From contig NIVC01000301.1 in the NCBI GenBank assembly GCA_002269645.1, forward strand, positions 62,001 through 126,000: DNA of 64,000 nt. Direction: 5' to 3'. The DNA is from Macrostomum lignano. Taxonomy: Eukaryota. A model generated the notes under the pieces. It worked only from the letters and a program-made list of their open reading frames with translations, searched no databases and had not been told where the DNA came from. Of the stretch, positions 12,577 to 24,911 are shown one piece after another (position 1 is the stretch's first letter; each line of letters starts with the position of its first letter). Both the position numbers and the translations under genes were made by a program.

Positions 12577-15500
12577 GGGATCAGAGGGGAGAAATGGGAT
12601 CAGAAGATGAGAAATGGGATTAGAGGGGAGAAATGGGATCAGAAGATGAGAAATGGGATTAGAGGGGAGAAATGGGATCAGAAGATGAGAAATGGGATCA
12701 GAGGGGACTTGACTTACTTTGACTTAGCTGCAGGGCGGTCCGAAGACGCAGCGGGGAGGCGAGCGTCGCCCATTCCGCTAATCCCTGAAAGACCCGCATA
12801 GGCTAGGGCGCGGGGCCGGTCAGGGAGGTCTGCCGGTCCTGTCTGCAGCGTTGTCTTCGGTGGGGAAGACGGAGGCTCGCTTGGTGGCCCGGAGGAACCG
12901 GATGAGCCGTGGGATGTTCTCGGGCCGGCAAACGTCGTCCAGGGACGGGTTGGGCCCGAGGTGGTTGAGCCGGTCTCGGTTGAAGGCCGGGCAGTAGCAG
13001 ACGAAGTGCTTGGCGTCTTCGTTCTCGAGGTTGCAGAAAGGGCAGAGTTCACTCCGGCGAACACATCGGAGGAAGCAGTGCCTGGCAAAGCAACCGTGAC
13101 CTGTGAAGGTCATATTGAGAGCGCGGATATCTTTTCGATTTTGGTTCAAAAGGATTCTCCGCAGCTTGAGGGACGGATTGGGCATTGCCGCACGAGATTG
13201 GCGGCAGTTGGAGATACCATCCCATCTGCGCAAGTGCAGGATGTCCGCCCAGTCGTTAATCTGACGATTAATGACTGTGGCGGGGATGGGGGCCAGGGGC
13301 ACGGGGCCAAGGGGCGAGCCGGAACAGCCCGCCTTAGCGAGGGAGTCGGCGAGCTCGTTACCTTTGAAGCCGGCGTGTCCTGGGATACACGTGAGCCGGA
13401 CGGTGTTCCTCCGAGCCAGCTTGTTGAGCTGCCCGATACAGTCGCGGACTGTTCGGGAGTTCGTAGTGGTGTGACACAGGGCCTGTAAAGCGGCTTGGCT
13501 GTCAGAGTGGAAGAAGATTCTTCTGTCTTTGAAGTCCTTGCAGTGGAGCTCAGCTGTACAGGAGCTGATGGCAAGGACTTCGTTCTGGAAGACGCTGGAG
13601 AGTCTGCCAGTGTGTTGGGCGTGAGTAGCAATCACGCGGCCGTTGATAAGGATGTAGACTCCAAAGCCGGATAAACCGTCTTTGGAGGATCCGTCAGTGA
13701 AGCAGTGAACCTCCTGAGGGGCCCAGCTGTCGTTGGCGTTCTCCCTGGAGGGGATCGTGACCTTGAAGCGTTGGTAGAGATTGAGGGAGCGCGGTTCAGC
13801 GTCCGAAAGGACAGCCGCACTCCCACTCTCCTCCAGAACTTTAAGGCACAGGTCAGAGTGCGGCAGGAGCTTGCGCTTCGCCATCGCTCTTTGTGGCTTG
13901 AAGCTAACACCAGCCTCGATGAGCCGGCGGGTGGTTTTAGCAGCCTCGCGACGGACAAAGATGTCCAGAGGCGGGAGGCAAAGAAAGGCGTTGAGGCCGT
14001 CAAAGGGAGCAGAGAGCGGGGAATTCAGGATCATGCGGCACGCACGTCCCTGCACCTTTTTGAGGGCTTCGTGGCAGGTTTTAATCTGCCGGTGGTCCAG
14101 CGTAACGCCGAGACACTTGGTTTGCTTGCAGGATGGAATTTCCACCCCGTAATGCTTTAATGGGCGAATACGCCAGTTTACCCTGCTGGTGAACATGATC
14201 GCGACAGTTTTGGTCTCGGAGAGCCTGAGGCCGCACCTGTCTGCCCAACGTTCAGCAGAGCGAATGAAGTTTTGCAAAAGATCTCTAAGGGTTTCAGGTG
14301 ACGGTCCGGATGCCACGGCTGTGACATCATCGGCGTAACCGACCTTGAGGATGGGGTCAAGATGGCTGTCCTGGAGGAGCTCATCGATGACCATGTTCCA
14401 GAGAACTGGAGAGAGGACACCGCCCTGGGGGCTGCCTTTGCAGACGGTTACCGTCCGTTGGTGGCCCAACAGGTGTGCGGTGGCAGTACGGTGGCTGATC
14501 ATATACATGATCCACCGGGTGAGGTGCGAGTGGGTTCCTCTAGCACGTAGAGCTCTGTCAAAAGCCTCAAAGAGGACATTATCAAAGGCTCCAACAATGT
14601 CGAGGAAGACAGCGAGAGCGTAGCCATTACCAAGAACGGCTTTCTCCAGCATGTCAACCAGAACGTGAAGCGCGCTCTCCGTGGACCGGCCTGCCCGAAA
14701 GGCATGCTGGTTCTCACTGAGCGGCTTGTTCTTCAGTTCCACAGAGAGGAGGCGCCAGAGCACCAGTCTCTCTAACAGCTTCACCAATGAGGAGGAGAGG
14801 CTAATTGGTCTGAAGGATTTAATGGACCGGTAGTCCGGTCGGCCAGGCTTGGGGATAAAGACCACCTTGGCCTCGGTCCAGGGTTTCGGAACAAAGCCGA
14901 GGACAATGCAAGCTTTCAGAAGCCGGCAAAGGTTCCGCAGAAAACCGGTGCATTTCACCGCCTCCCGCAGGAAGGCTGGCACAACGCCGTCCGGTCCTGG
15001 GGATTTGAAGGGTTTGAAGGAGGAGACAGCTTTAGCAACGCGGTCCTCCGTGATGATTGAGTCAGCCAGTACGTGTCCGCCCACTGAGTGGTCAGGGGGG
15101 TCGGGCCTGGCTGGCTCGTTCGGGAAAAACGCTGTTAGCATCGCTTCCAGTGTTTCTCCTGGGTTCTCAGTGAGCGAGCCGTCGGCTCTCTTGACTGAGG
15201 AGAGTTTGGACATCTTGTCCAGGGTGAGGGCTTTAACGATTCTGGAGGTGGGGCGGGAGCCCTCAAGTTCCTCACAGTATTCGCGCCACTTGTTGGTTTT
15301 GGCGTTCCTAACCTGCCTCTTGAACTCGTGGATAGAGTTCAGGTAGGCGGTTTGGTCGGCCGGGTTTTTAGTTTTTTGGGCCCTGCGGTGAAGCCTTTTG
15401 GCTCTGCGACGGAGGTCGCCAAGCTGCGGGTTCCACCATGGGGCCGACTGTTTGCCTTTATATGCCTTTAGTGGGCATGAGGCTTCGAAGGCAGCAGTGA

Positions 15501-17030
15501 GCGAGTCCGTAAGTGCGGCCGCAAATTCATCTGCTTCCTCGCAGGTGTTGATGGAGACTGGAGTGGTCCAGTCGGATCCCCAGGCGGATCAGAGGGGAGA
15601 AATGGGATCAGAAGATGAGAAATGGGATTAGAGGGGAGAAATGGGATCAGAGGGGAGAAATGGGATCAGAAGATGAGAAATGGGATTAGAGGGGAGAAAT
15701 GGGATCAGAAGATGAGAAATGGGATTAGAGGGGAGAAATGGGATCAGAAGATGAGAAATGGGATTAGAGGGGAGAAATGGGATCAGAAGATGAGAAATGG
15801 GATTAGAGGGGAGAAATGGGATCAGAAGATGAGAAATGGGATCAGAGGGGAGAAATGGGATCAGAAGATGAGAAATGGGATCAGAAGATGAGAAATGGGA
15901 TTAGAGGGGAGAAATGGGATCAGAAGATGAGAAATGGGATTAGAGGGGAGAAATGGGATCAGAAGATGAGAAATGGGATCAGAGGGGAGAAATGGGATCA
16001 GAAGATGAGAAATGGGATCAGAGGGGAGAAATGGGATCAGAAGATGAGAAATGGGATCAGAGGGGAGAAATGGGATCAGAAGATGAGAAATGGGATTAAA
16101 GGGGAGAAATGGGATCAGAAAGGGAGAAATGGTTTAGAGGGGAGAAATGGGATCAGGGGTGAAGAGATGGGATCAGAAGGGGAGAAATGGGATCAGGGGT
16201 GAAGAGATAGGATCAAAAGGGGAGAAATGGGATCAGGGGTGGAGAGATGGGATCAGGGGTGGAGAGATGGGATCAGAAGAGGAGAAATGGGATCAGGGGT
16301 GAAGAGATGGGATCAGAAGAGGAGAAATGGGATCAGGGGTGGAGAGATGGGATCAGAAGGGGAGAAATGGGATCAGGGGTGGAGAGATGGGATCAGAAGG
16401 GGAGAAATGGGATAAGGGGTGGAGAGATGGGATCAGAAGGGGAGAAATGGGATAAGGGGTGGAGAGATGGGATCAGAAGGGGAGAAATGGGATAAGGGGT
16501 GGAGAGATGGGATCAGAAGGGGAGAAATGGGATCAAGGGTGGAGAGATGGGATCAGAAGGGGAGAAATGGGATCAAGGGTGGAGAGATGGGATCAGAAGG
16601 GGAGAAATGGGATCAGGGGTGGAGAGATAGGATCAGAAGGGGAGAAATGGGATCAGGGGTGAAGAGATGGGATCAGAAGGGGAGAAATGGGATCAGGGGT
16701 GGAGAGATGGGATCAGAAGGGGAGAAATGGGATCAGGGGTGGAGAGATGGGATCAGAAGGGGAGAAATGGGATCAGGGGTGGAGAGATGGGATCAGAAGG
16801 GGAGAAATGGGATCAGGGGTGGAGAGATGGGATCAGAAGGGGAGAAATGGGATCAGGGGTGGAGAGATAGGATCAGAAGGGGAGAAATGGGATCAGGGGT
16901 GGAGAGATAGGATCAGAAGGGGAGAAATGGGATCAGGGGTGGAGAGATAGGATCAGAAGGGGAGAAATGGGATCAGGGGTGGAGAGATAGGATCAGAAGG
17001 GGAGAAATGGGATCAGGGGTGGAGAGATGG
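12577..17030. repeat. Purine-rich 39/40-bp satellite (GGGAGAAATGGGATCAG...) interrupted by a non-LTR retrotransposon
   Basis: The same unit lies on both sides of the insertion (12577-12707 and 15586-17030); the unit changes from 39 to 40 bp near 16100-16250. Confidence 0.95.
12708..15585 (-). mobile_element. 5'-truncated non-LTR retrotransposon (RT + RNase H + CCHC; LOA/R1-like)
   Basis: Frame is open from 15585 to the stop at 12820: APWWN linker, KVVFIPKPG..FRPISL, PQGGVLSPVLWN, GYADD, RNase H CFTDGS/FHSDSQAAL/GNELADSLAK, CPFC...HFVCYC. Short AAGT(C) repeat tail; 13-bp TSD GGATCAGAGGGGA at 12695-12707 and 15586-15598. Confidence 0.93.
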
Positions 17031-17083
17031 GATCGGACGGGGGAAAAGGGATTAGAGCGGAGACATGGGATCAGAAAAAAGCA

Positions 17084-17698
17084 ATGAGAGCCAGATCCCT
17101 CAATGAACTTTCCCGAATCCCTGTCAAACTTTTCCAGACCAAAACCTGCAGCGTTTGCCGGCGCAGCTTCGATCCCGAGCGCATCGCGGCCCACCGAGGC
17201 GCCTGCGGCAGCGGCGGCGGCAGCGGCGGCGGCAGCGACACACGTCAAGACGGCGCAGCCAGCATCGTCTGTTTTGTCTGTGGTGGAGCCGCGGGTTCCT
17301 CAGTGTCGTCGGCCGCTCGTCACGAGAGCCGCTGTCTGGCGGACTGGCGGGCCAGCGTTGCCGACCTGCCGAGGCGGCTGCGCCCGCCGGATCCCAACCG
17401 GCCAGCCGTCGCTGCCGCCGGCGCCTTCGCAGAGTACAACCGGCTGGCAGCGGAGGCGGCCCAGGCTGCCATGCCGGGCTGCCCGCGATGCCGGAGGAGG
17501 CACCGGCCGCACCGCCTGCTCGCTCATCTGCAAGCCTGCGGCGGAGGCGGAAGCGGAAGCGGAGGCAGAGGCGGAAGCGGAGGCAGAGGCAGAGGCGGAA
17601 GCGGAGGCAGAGGCGGAAGCGGAGGCGGAGGCAGAAGCGGAAGCGGAAGCAGAAACGGAGGCGGCCTAATCGGCAACACAAAGAATCAAACGCACTGA
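17084..17698 (+). CDS. ZNF474: ZNF474-like C2HC zinc-finger protein
   Basis: Three C2HC fingers (CSVCRRSF..RIAAHRGAC; CFVCG...RHESRCLADW...LPRRLRPPDP; CPRCRR..RLLAHLQAC) in the ZNF474 arrangement. ATG taken at 17084 because the earlier part of the ORF is satellite. May be a terminal exon of a longer gene. Confidence 0.7.
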   Translation: MRARSLNELSRIPVKLFQTKTCSVCRRSFDPERIAAHRGACGSGGGSGGGSDTRQDGAASIVCFVCGGAAGSSVSSAARHESRCLADWRASVADLPRRLRPPDPNRPAVAAAGAFAEYNRLAAEAAQAAMPGCPRCRRRHRPHRLLAHLQACGGGGSGSGGRGGSGGRGRGGSGGRGGSGGGGRSGSGSRNGGGLIGNTKNQTH

Positions 17699-18499
17699 CG
17701 CGAAGTTCAGAAAGCTCTGCAGGCTGATTGGTGTGGCTGACCTTCAAGATCTGTGGCCAAATTATTTAGCATTGTCAAACACATTTAATTAACACTGCTG
17801 CATCACAAGTACGCTGCGACCAACCAAAAAGACACGTGTCTGACAAAACATTGACAGGCTGCGCTAATGGATTCTGCCCAGTTTATCACCTGGTTTAACC
17901 AACGATTGATTAATCTGACAAATCCCCGCACTGTTGTAATACCTTTGCAAAGTCCTTTCTCAGGTGACATTTAGGTGACACCTGCGTGTTTCAACATGCC
18001 CCGTCACTGCTACGAGCAGCTGTTTGCGAATTCAAACATGCAAGGCTGTTTAGAATATTTAAAGTACTACTATCAGTAGACTGGTTGGCTTGCTTCACTC
18101 CATTGATCGCCTGTTAATTATAAGAAGCATTTTGCACTGCCGTAGTCAAAAAATTTCACTGCCAAAATTTTTTTCGATAAGATAGCCTAAATTAGTCTGC
18201 CCAGACGCACACAGAAGCCTCGAGACCGAATGTCACTTACTGACCAGACTAACCAGCTAGTGCAGTAGAAAAATGAAGCCAAAACAATCTTGGCAACTAA
18301 TTTGAGGAGAGAATTTTGTGCCATTTTTTGTTTTTGTTGTTTTATTTTGCCCAAGACATTGCATGCAGGGCCCGTCAGTTGCCAAGCTGCCACGAAAGAA
18401 TTCTCAGGTAGGATTTGTCTCTGCTGATTAACTCTGCTCACTTCAGTTAGCTCCCTCTTGATAGAGTGGATTAGACAGGTGTGGAATAAACAGGTGGAA

Positions 18500-19925
18500 T
18501 TAAACAAGTGTGAGATAGACAGGTGGGGAGTAGACAGGTAGAGAATACACAGGTGGGGAATAGACAGGTGGGGAATAGACAGGTGGGGAATAGACGGGTG
18601 GGGAATAGACAGGTGGGGAATAGACGGGTGGGGAATAGACAGGTGGGAATAGTCAGGTGGAGAATAGACAGGTGGGGAATAGACAGGTGGGGAATAGACA
18701 GGTGGGGAATAGACAGGTGGGGAATAGACGGGTGGGGAATAGACAGGTGGGGAATAGACAGGTGGGGAATAGACAGGTGGGAATAGTCAGGTGGAGAATA
18801 GACAGGTGGGGAATAGACAGGTGGGGAATAGACAGGTGGGGAATAGACAGGTGGGGAATAGACGGGTGGGGAATAGACAGGCGGGAATAGTCAGGTGGAG
18901 AATAGACAGGTGGGGAATAGACAGGTGGGGAATAGACAGGTGGGGAATAGACAGGTGGGGAATAGACGGGTGGGGAATAGACAGGTGGGAATAGTCAGGT
19001 GGAGAATAGACAGGTGGGGAATAGACAGGTGGGGAATAGACAGGTGGGGAATAGACAGGTGGGGAATAGACAGGTGGGAATAGACAGGTGGAGAATAGAC
19101 AGGTGGGGAATAGACAGGTAGAGAATAGACAGGCGTAGAATAGACAGGCGGGGAAAAGACAGGTGGGGAATAGACAGGTGTGAAAAACACAGGTGAAGAA
19201 TAGACAGGTGGGGAATAGACGGGTGGGAAAAGACAGGTGGGGAATAGACAGGTGGGAATAGACAGGTGGAGAATAGACAGGTGGGGAATAGACGGGTGGG
19301 AAAAGACAGGTGGGGAATAGACAGGTGGGGAATAGACGGGTGGGAAAAGACAGGTGGGGAATAGACAGGTGGGGAATAGACGGGTGGGAAAAGACAGGTG
19401 GGGAATAGACAGGTGGGAATAGACAGGTGGAGAATAGACAGGTGGGGAATAGACAGGTGGGGAATAGACAGGTGGGGAATAGACGGGTGGGAAAAGACAG
19501 GTGGGGAATAGACAGGTGGGAATAGACAGGTGGGGAATAGACAGGTGGAGAATAGACAGTGGGGAATAGACAGGTGGGAAAAGACAGGTGGGGAATAGAC
19601 AGGTGGGGAATAGACAGGTGGGAAAAGACAGGCGGGGAATAGACAGGTGGGGAATAGACGGGTGGGAAAAGACAGGTGGGGAATAGACAGGTGGGAATAG
19701 ACAGGTGGAGAATAGACAGGTGGGGAATAGACAGGTGGGGAAATGACAGGTGGGGAATAGACGGGTGGGAAAAAGACAGGTGGGGAATAGACAGGTGGGA
19801 ATAGACAGGTGGGGAATAGACAGGTGGAGAATAGACAGTGGGGAATAGACAGGTGGGAAAAGACAGGTGGGGAATAGACAGGTGGGGAATAGACAGGTGG
19901 GAAAAGACAGGTGGGGAATAGCTCG
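18500..19925. repeat. 15-bp minisatellite (AATAGACAGGTGGGG)
   Basis: Direct inspection; 14-bp variants create a ~104-bp higher period in the left part. Confidence 0.95.
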
Positions 19926-20406
19926 TAGACAGGCGGGGACTCTCTTCCACTTCGCTTAACCGCATTTTTCAACCTCCTGATCCTCCCTTCATGCCCCTAA
20001 TCAAGGGATCAGGGAAATCTATCCTACAATAAGTGCGTTATCTCTGAGTCAGCCAGTCCAATTTAAACCAAGGAGTTTGGTAGCTCAACCCCGCTGCATC
20101 CTCAAGGCAAATCATTGAATAAAATAGCAAATTCTAAGCGACTGCCGGTCAATTGAAACGCCTCTGCTCAAGACGGAAGCCGGCTGGCAGAATTTCACCC
20201 CAACCAAAGTTGGCAATATCCGCGCATTGGCTTCCATGCCGCCATCAATAGGGGATAATTCTCCCCACTCAGCCAGCCAATCCCCGGAGCCGATATGTGA
20301 TGGGGAATACAATGGGAAGCAGCCCAGCCTAAAAGCTTAGATTTTTTGCAGCAACTCAAAGGGAAGCTGCAGGGTTCAACAGGAGGTTTCAGCGCTCTTT
20401 AGAAGC

Positions 20407-23400
20407 ATGACGGAGCTGCTTCAGCGAAGTCGCAGCTCACGGTCCGACGGCGACTTCAGCATCGTCACGTCCAGGACTGAGCAGCAGATACCGCCCATTC
20501 TGATCGACTTGAGAGGCTCCCGGCGGTGCACCCGAGGCTCCCTGCCAGCCCTCCTGCCCGACGACCTCTGCAGCAGCGACCGGAGCTGCGACAGTCACCT
20601 GAGGCAACGGCGGCACCCTTGCGACGATGTGGATGACTGCCAGCTGCACAAAAGGCACCATGCACAGCTCGGCGAGCATCCAGACGGCCAAGACCAGCAC
20701 CCAGCCAGCGGCGGTGGCAGGCTGACTCGCCGAGAGCTCCGGGAGATGCAGCGGCACAGAATAGTAGGACAATGATGAAGCTGGCACAGCCTCTTCCATG
20801 CCAATTCCAGTCTGGCGTGGGCAGGTGGCCCCTTAGCATGACTTTTATTGCACCTCATCAAGTATTCCGGCATCAGCTTTCCCCCGACACAGCAATGGCC
20901 GGTGATCAGTCACAGCCCACTCGGATATTATGACAACTCTTCCAGGAAAATGTTCTGTTAAAGCATGCAGGCCTCTGCATCGCATGTTTTAAATATATTC
21001 ATAGTTCTACTCGTAAGAGCTATTGATCCATTTCATTAGCTTCTATGAAGCTGTTCTTTGCACTTCAGTTCTGGATGAGGCCAGCATTAAAGCATCTGCG
21101 CTTGTGTTGGGAGCGAATTCTGATTTTCAAACCCGCTCCATCACCCTACCTTAATCAACAAGCCCCTGGGGTTAATAATTAATTGCAAGACATGTAGAAA
21201 GAATATTTTCGTCGTTCTTTACGACCCTCTTCGCGCTGTCTGTCCTGGATCTCTGCGCCTCCATGCGAGTCAATGTGAGCGACCTAGTGGGCTAATAAAC
21301 ACACAGCTCTTCTGCAGCCTCCTCTGTGCTGCATCACTAATCCATGAGCTTGCACTACTCACCCCTCCTGCTCCTCCTCCTCCTCCTCAATCATCCGCAC
21401 TGTTTCCAGGCGGCGGCCAAATTTAGCAAGTCCATCCGGCTGGTGGTGATCATGGTCACGTGGATCCGGGTCATGCTCAAGAGGTAAGTAGAGGCAGCAG
21501 TGGAATACGAATAGATAGGTGAGGAATAGACAGGTGTGGAATAGACAGTTAGAGAATAGACAGGCGTAGAATAGACAGGTGGGGAATAGACAGGTGGGGA
21601 ATAGACAGGTAGAGAATAGACAGGCGTAGAATAGACAGGCGGGGAAAAGACAGGTGGGGAATAGACAGGTGTGAAAAACACAGGTGAAGAATAGACAGGT
21701 GGGGAATAGACAGGTGGGGAATAGACAGGTAGAGAATAGACAGGCGTAGAATAGACAGGCGGGGAAAAGACAGGTGGGGAATAGACAGGTGTGAAAAACA
21801 CAGGTGAAGAATAGACAGGTGGGGAATAGACAGGTGGGGAATTAGACAGGTGGGGAATAGACAGGTGTGGAATAGACAGGTGTGGAATAGAAAGGTGTGG
21901 ATGGCCAAATGTAAAATGCAACATGATCTAACAAACCCGATTTCAGAAAGAACTACCAGGAGGACGAGAGCGTGAAGGTGGTGGACACTTTGAAGGGTTT
22001 CACCATTGAGAACTCCGACCTGACGTTCGATCCATCCTATTTTCGAGCTAAACGCGAGGTCAGAAATTAAGCTCTACACTCTGTACTAGATTTTAGATAA
22101 CTTAAAAAAATCTCAACGCAATTGTCGAGTATACACTCGTACAGTCGCAGCAGTCATAAAATTTTGTCAAGCAGATCGACCTGACAGGCGAGATGAAGGC
22201 CATCCTGCAGCTGGAGCCGCAGGCGCGCACTACGGAGCAGGTGCAAACGGTGATGTACGGCCTGCAGACCCTGCCGACCTTCAACGAATACCCGCTGCGC
22301 ACCCAGGAAAAGCTGGCAAGGGTGGCCTTCTACCAGTCTGTGCCACCGGGCCGTCTGATCATCCGGCAGGGTCACATCGGGGTCAACTTCTACATCATCA
22401 TCAGGGGCCGCGTGATTGTCAGCGTCATGCAGGAGGACCGGCGGACCGGCGACACTCGGACCAACATTGTGGCCCGGCTGGGCCAGGTGAGTGCTTGGCT
22501 AGATTAGCAATCCATTCTGGTCCTTCTGTTCCATATTGGCTGTGCTAGCAATCCGCTTCATCGCTCGCAGGGACAGTCCTTCGGCGAGGTGGCCCTGCTG
22601 CGGCAGGTCGCCCGCACAGCCAGTGTGGTCAGCCAGGACGCGACGCAGCTGCTGGCCATCGGGCGCGAGGAATTCAACGAGATCTTCACCAAGCCGGAGC
22701 CCGGTCGGCTGCTGCCCGGCCACGTAGAATTCCTGGCCGGCTGCGGCTTCATGCGCAGCTTCCCGCTGGAGCGGCTGACGCAGCAACCGTCTGCCTGCCT
22801 GCTGACCTTCTTTAGGCGCAACGCATTGATCGCACCGGACAGCAAGGCGCACCCGCACCTGGTGGTGGTCCGGTCCGGCTCCTGCCGGGTGGTCAAGAAC
22901 CTCGAGCTGTCGGCCGACAGCTTAAACGGAGCGGCCGAGGACGAGGAGGCGGCTGGCGCAGCCGAGAGAAGCGGTGTCAGTTTCGGCAAAGATGTCGGCA
23001 GGAGCGGTGAGAGGCAGATGAGCAATGGTCACTGCGCTACTAAGTCTCATTGTAAAAAAGCGGTATTTGGTAGTAAAGAAAAGATTGCCTAATTGCACAC
23101 CTAACTGCCTTGTTTATGCAAGTTGGAATTCAAATAGTAAGAGACTAAGGCTTCACATAGAAGTGGAATGAAAATTGGGGGACAAAAAGGTGAGACAATT
23201 AGCTCGTATTTGGCCAGTGCTAGGAGTGCCTTGAATGCCTTTAAGTAAAAAGTCACCATTCGCGCGAAATTGCTCAGAGCCCAAGGTGGACACCTGGCGA
23301 AGAAGACCCCAGGCATTCGCTGCCTCCCTAACAGTTGGAAGCAAGCATCATCAAGGCCAGGTGTCGCCTCGGTATTGGCAGCCGCAGCCGGTGCAGCTCC

Positions 23401-24153
23401 AGGTATCCAGACACGAGCACCACGGCGCAGCGACGGTCCTGGAGGTGTCGCGGCCCGGGCATCATCCACATCAGCTGCAGGCGCTGATGGAAGCCGAGGA
23501 GCTGCCGGAGCGGCCGAAGCTGCGCCGGCGCCTGGCGATGAATGCCGGGGAGGAAAGCGGCGCGGAGAAGACAGTCGTGGCGGTGCAAGTCAGCACTCTG
23601 AAGCCTGGCGACGTTTTTGTGAGTTTCTGCCGCTTTGCTCAATCGGTACTTCGAGGTAGGGCGGGAGAGGCCACTGGAAGGTCAAGGCGATCTCTTGGTG
23701 TGTTTTAGCCATTCTGTTGGCATATAGCTAGCCAATGTTCCGCCTTTGTTTCAGGGCCTGTCTGACGTGATTTTCAAAGGCGAGAGCAATCCAGAGATTG
23801 AGGCGAGCGCCAGTGTGGCCTTGGTAAGATAGCTTTAATACACGATGGTGACGTCTATCGCATTGATTGGAATCCGTGCACCAATGCGCAACTTGTGTGT
23901 GAACTGATGCACCGCGCACTACTCTTCACAGGTGAGCAACGGCGCCGAATGCGTACTGCTCAGCAAGGCCTTCTTTGTACAGCACGCTACGGAGCAGGTG
24001 CGACGCGATGTACGTGAATTGGCCAGGCCCTACCCAGAGGAGGCCGTGTTTGAGGACAACTACCGCTGCCAGGTCGCCTGGGACAAGTACAGGCGGCGAT
24101 TGTTCCGCGACACCCTGCGGCGCATCGACGCGGCGCGCGGTGGCGATAAGTGA
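20407..24153 (+). CDS. CNBD2: Cyclic nucleotide-binding domain protein (CNBD2-like), 7 exons
   Basis: Phase-consistent GT-AG exons 20407-20763 (weak), 21410-21483, 21947-22058, 22175-22486, 22571-23006, 23278-23618, 23755-23823 and 23932-24153. CNB motifs IIRQGH...FYIII.G, GQSFGEVALL...RTASVVS; C-terminal VSNGAECVLLSK...YP...W..YR. Confidence 0.8.
21510..21900. repeat. Second array of the same 15-bp family, intronic
   Basis: Same unit as 18500-19925, with a 120-bp internal duplication (21601-21720 and 21721-21840). Confidence 0.95.
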
Positions 24154-24911
24154 CAGCGATTTTGATGTCTTTTGAACGATCACAAATGGCAGTTTGGACT
24201 GACAATTTGCTTGTTTTCCAAAACAAAACGCCTGTTTGCATATACTGGAGTAGACATACCACAGTGAGCGAACTATACTTGATTGCAATTCATGCTCAGA
24301 CTTGGAATCTTCGAGTCTCAATACTATGGTAACAGGCTTCCACTATTTGTGGATACAAACATAAGGTTTTGTTTTAATATGTGTTGCATTGTGGCATGCT
24401 TTCTCACTAGTTATGCTACTGTTGCGCTTGTGCAAAAATTATGGACTAAAAAGCAAAACCACAGATTTTGTAAAAAACGATCTCACAAATAGGTGAACAT
24501 ATTGGCACAGGTAAGACACTCGTACATTCAAGATCTTGATTGCGCTTCTATTTGCTCATCGACGGGTCATGATGCATTGCAAAATCAACACTAAAAACGA
24601 TTTGTCTGCCTGTCGTATTGTATACTAGAGGACTATGCAAAGAAATGTCGCAATACTACTTGAAAATTTTACTGCTTGCTAATAATTTCAGCATTGGCTA
24701 ACAGACTAAAGTTGATAAAATGGCTTAAAAAATCTAGCAAGAAGTTCCACTTGCAATTATAGAAATCTTCTTCAGGCTACAAAAAAGTGCTCTAAGGCTT
24801 TGCAAACAAAGGAAGGACAAAAAAGGAGTCATATGAATGAACATTGAACTGTTTATCAGTAGAAGATCATGCAAGTATTTCCAGAGCCAAGAGTGCTTAA
24901 TTCAAGCCAAC

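Noticed and set aside
12577-17030. Telomeric or interstitial telomere array
   Set aside because: Only a TTAGAGGG-like fragment within a 39-bp unit; no (TTAGGG)n run.
17969-17981. ATTTAGGTGACAC, matching the start of the SP6 promoter (vector contamination)
   Set aside because: The match stops after 13 nt and there is no other vector sequence; chance.
24853-24880. TTATCAGTAGAAGATCATG as the left partner of the 1485 transposon end
   Set aside because: No TTAA, a short gapped match, 23 kb away and just 3' of TPMT; probably chance.
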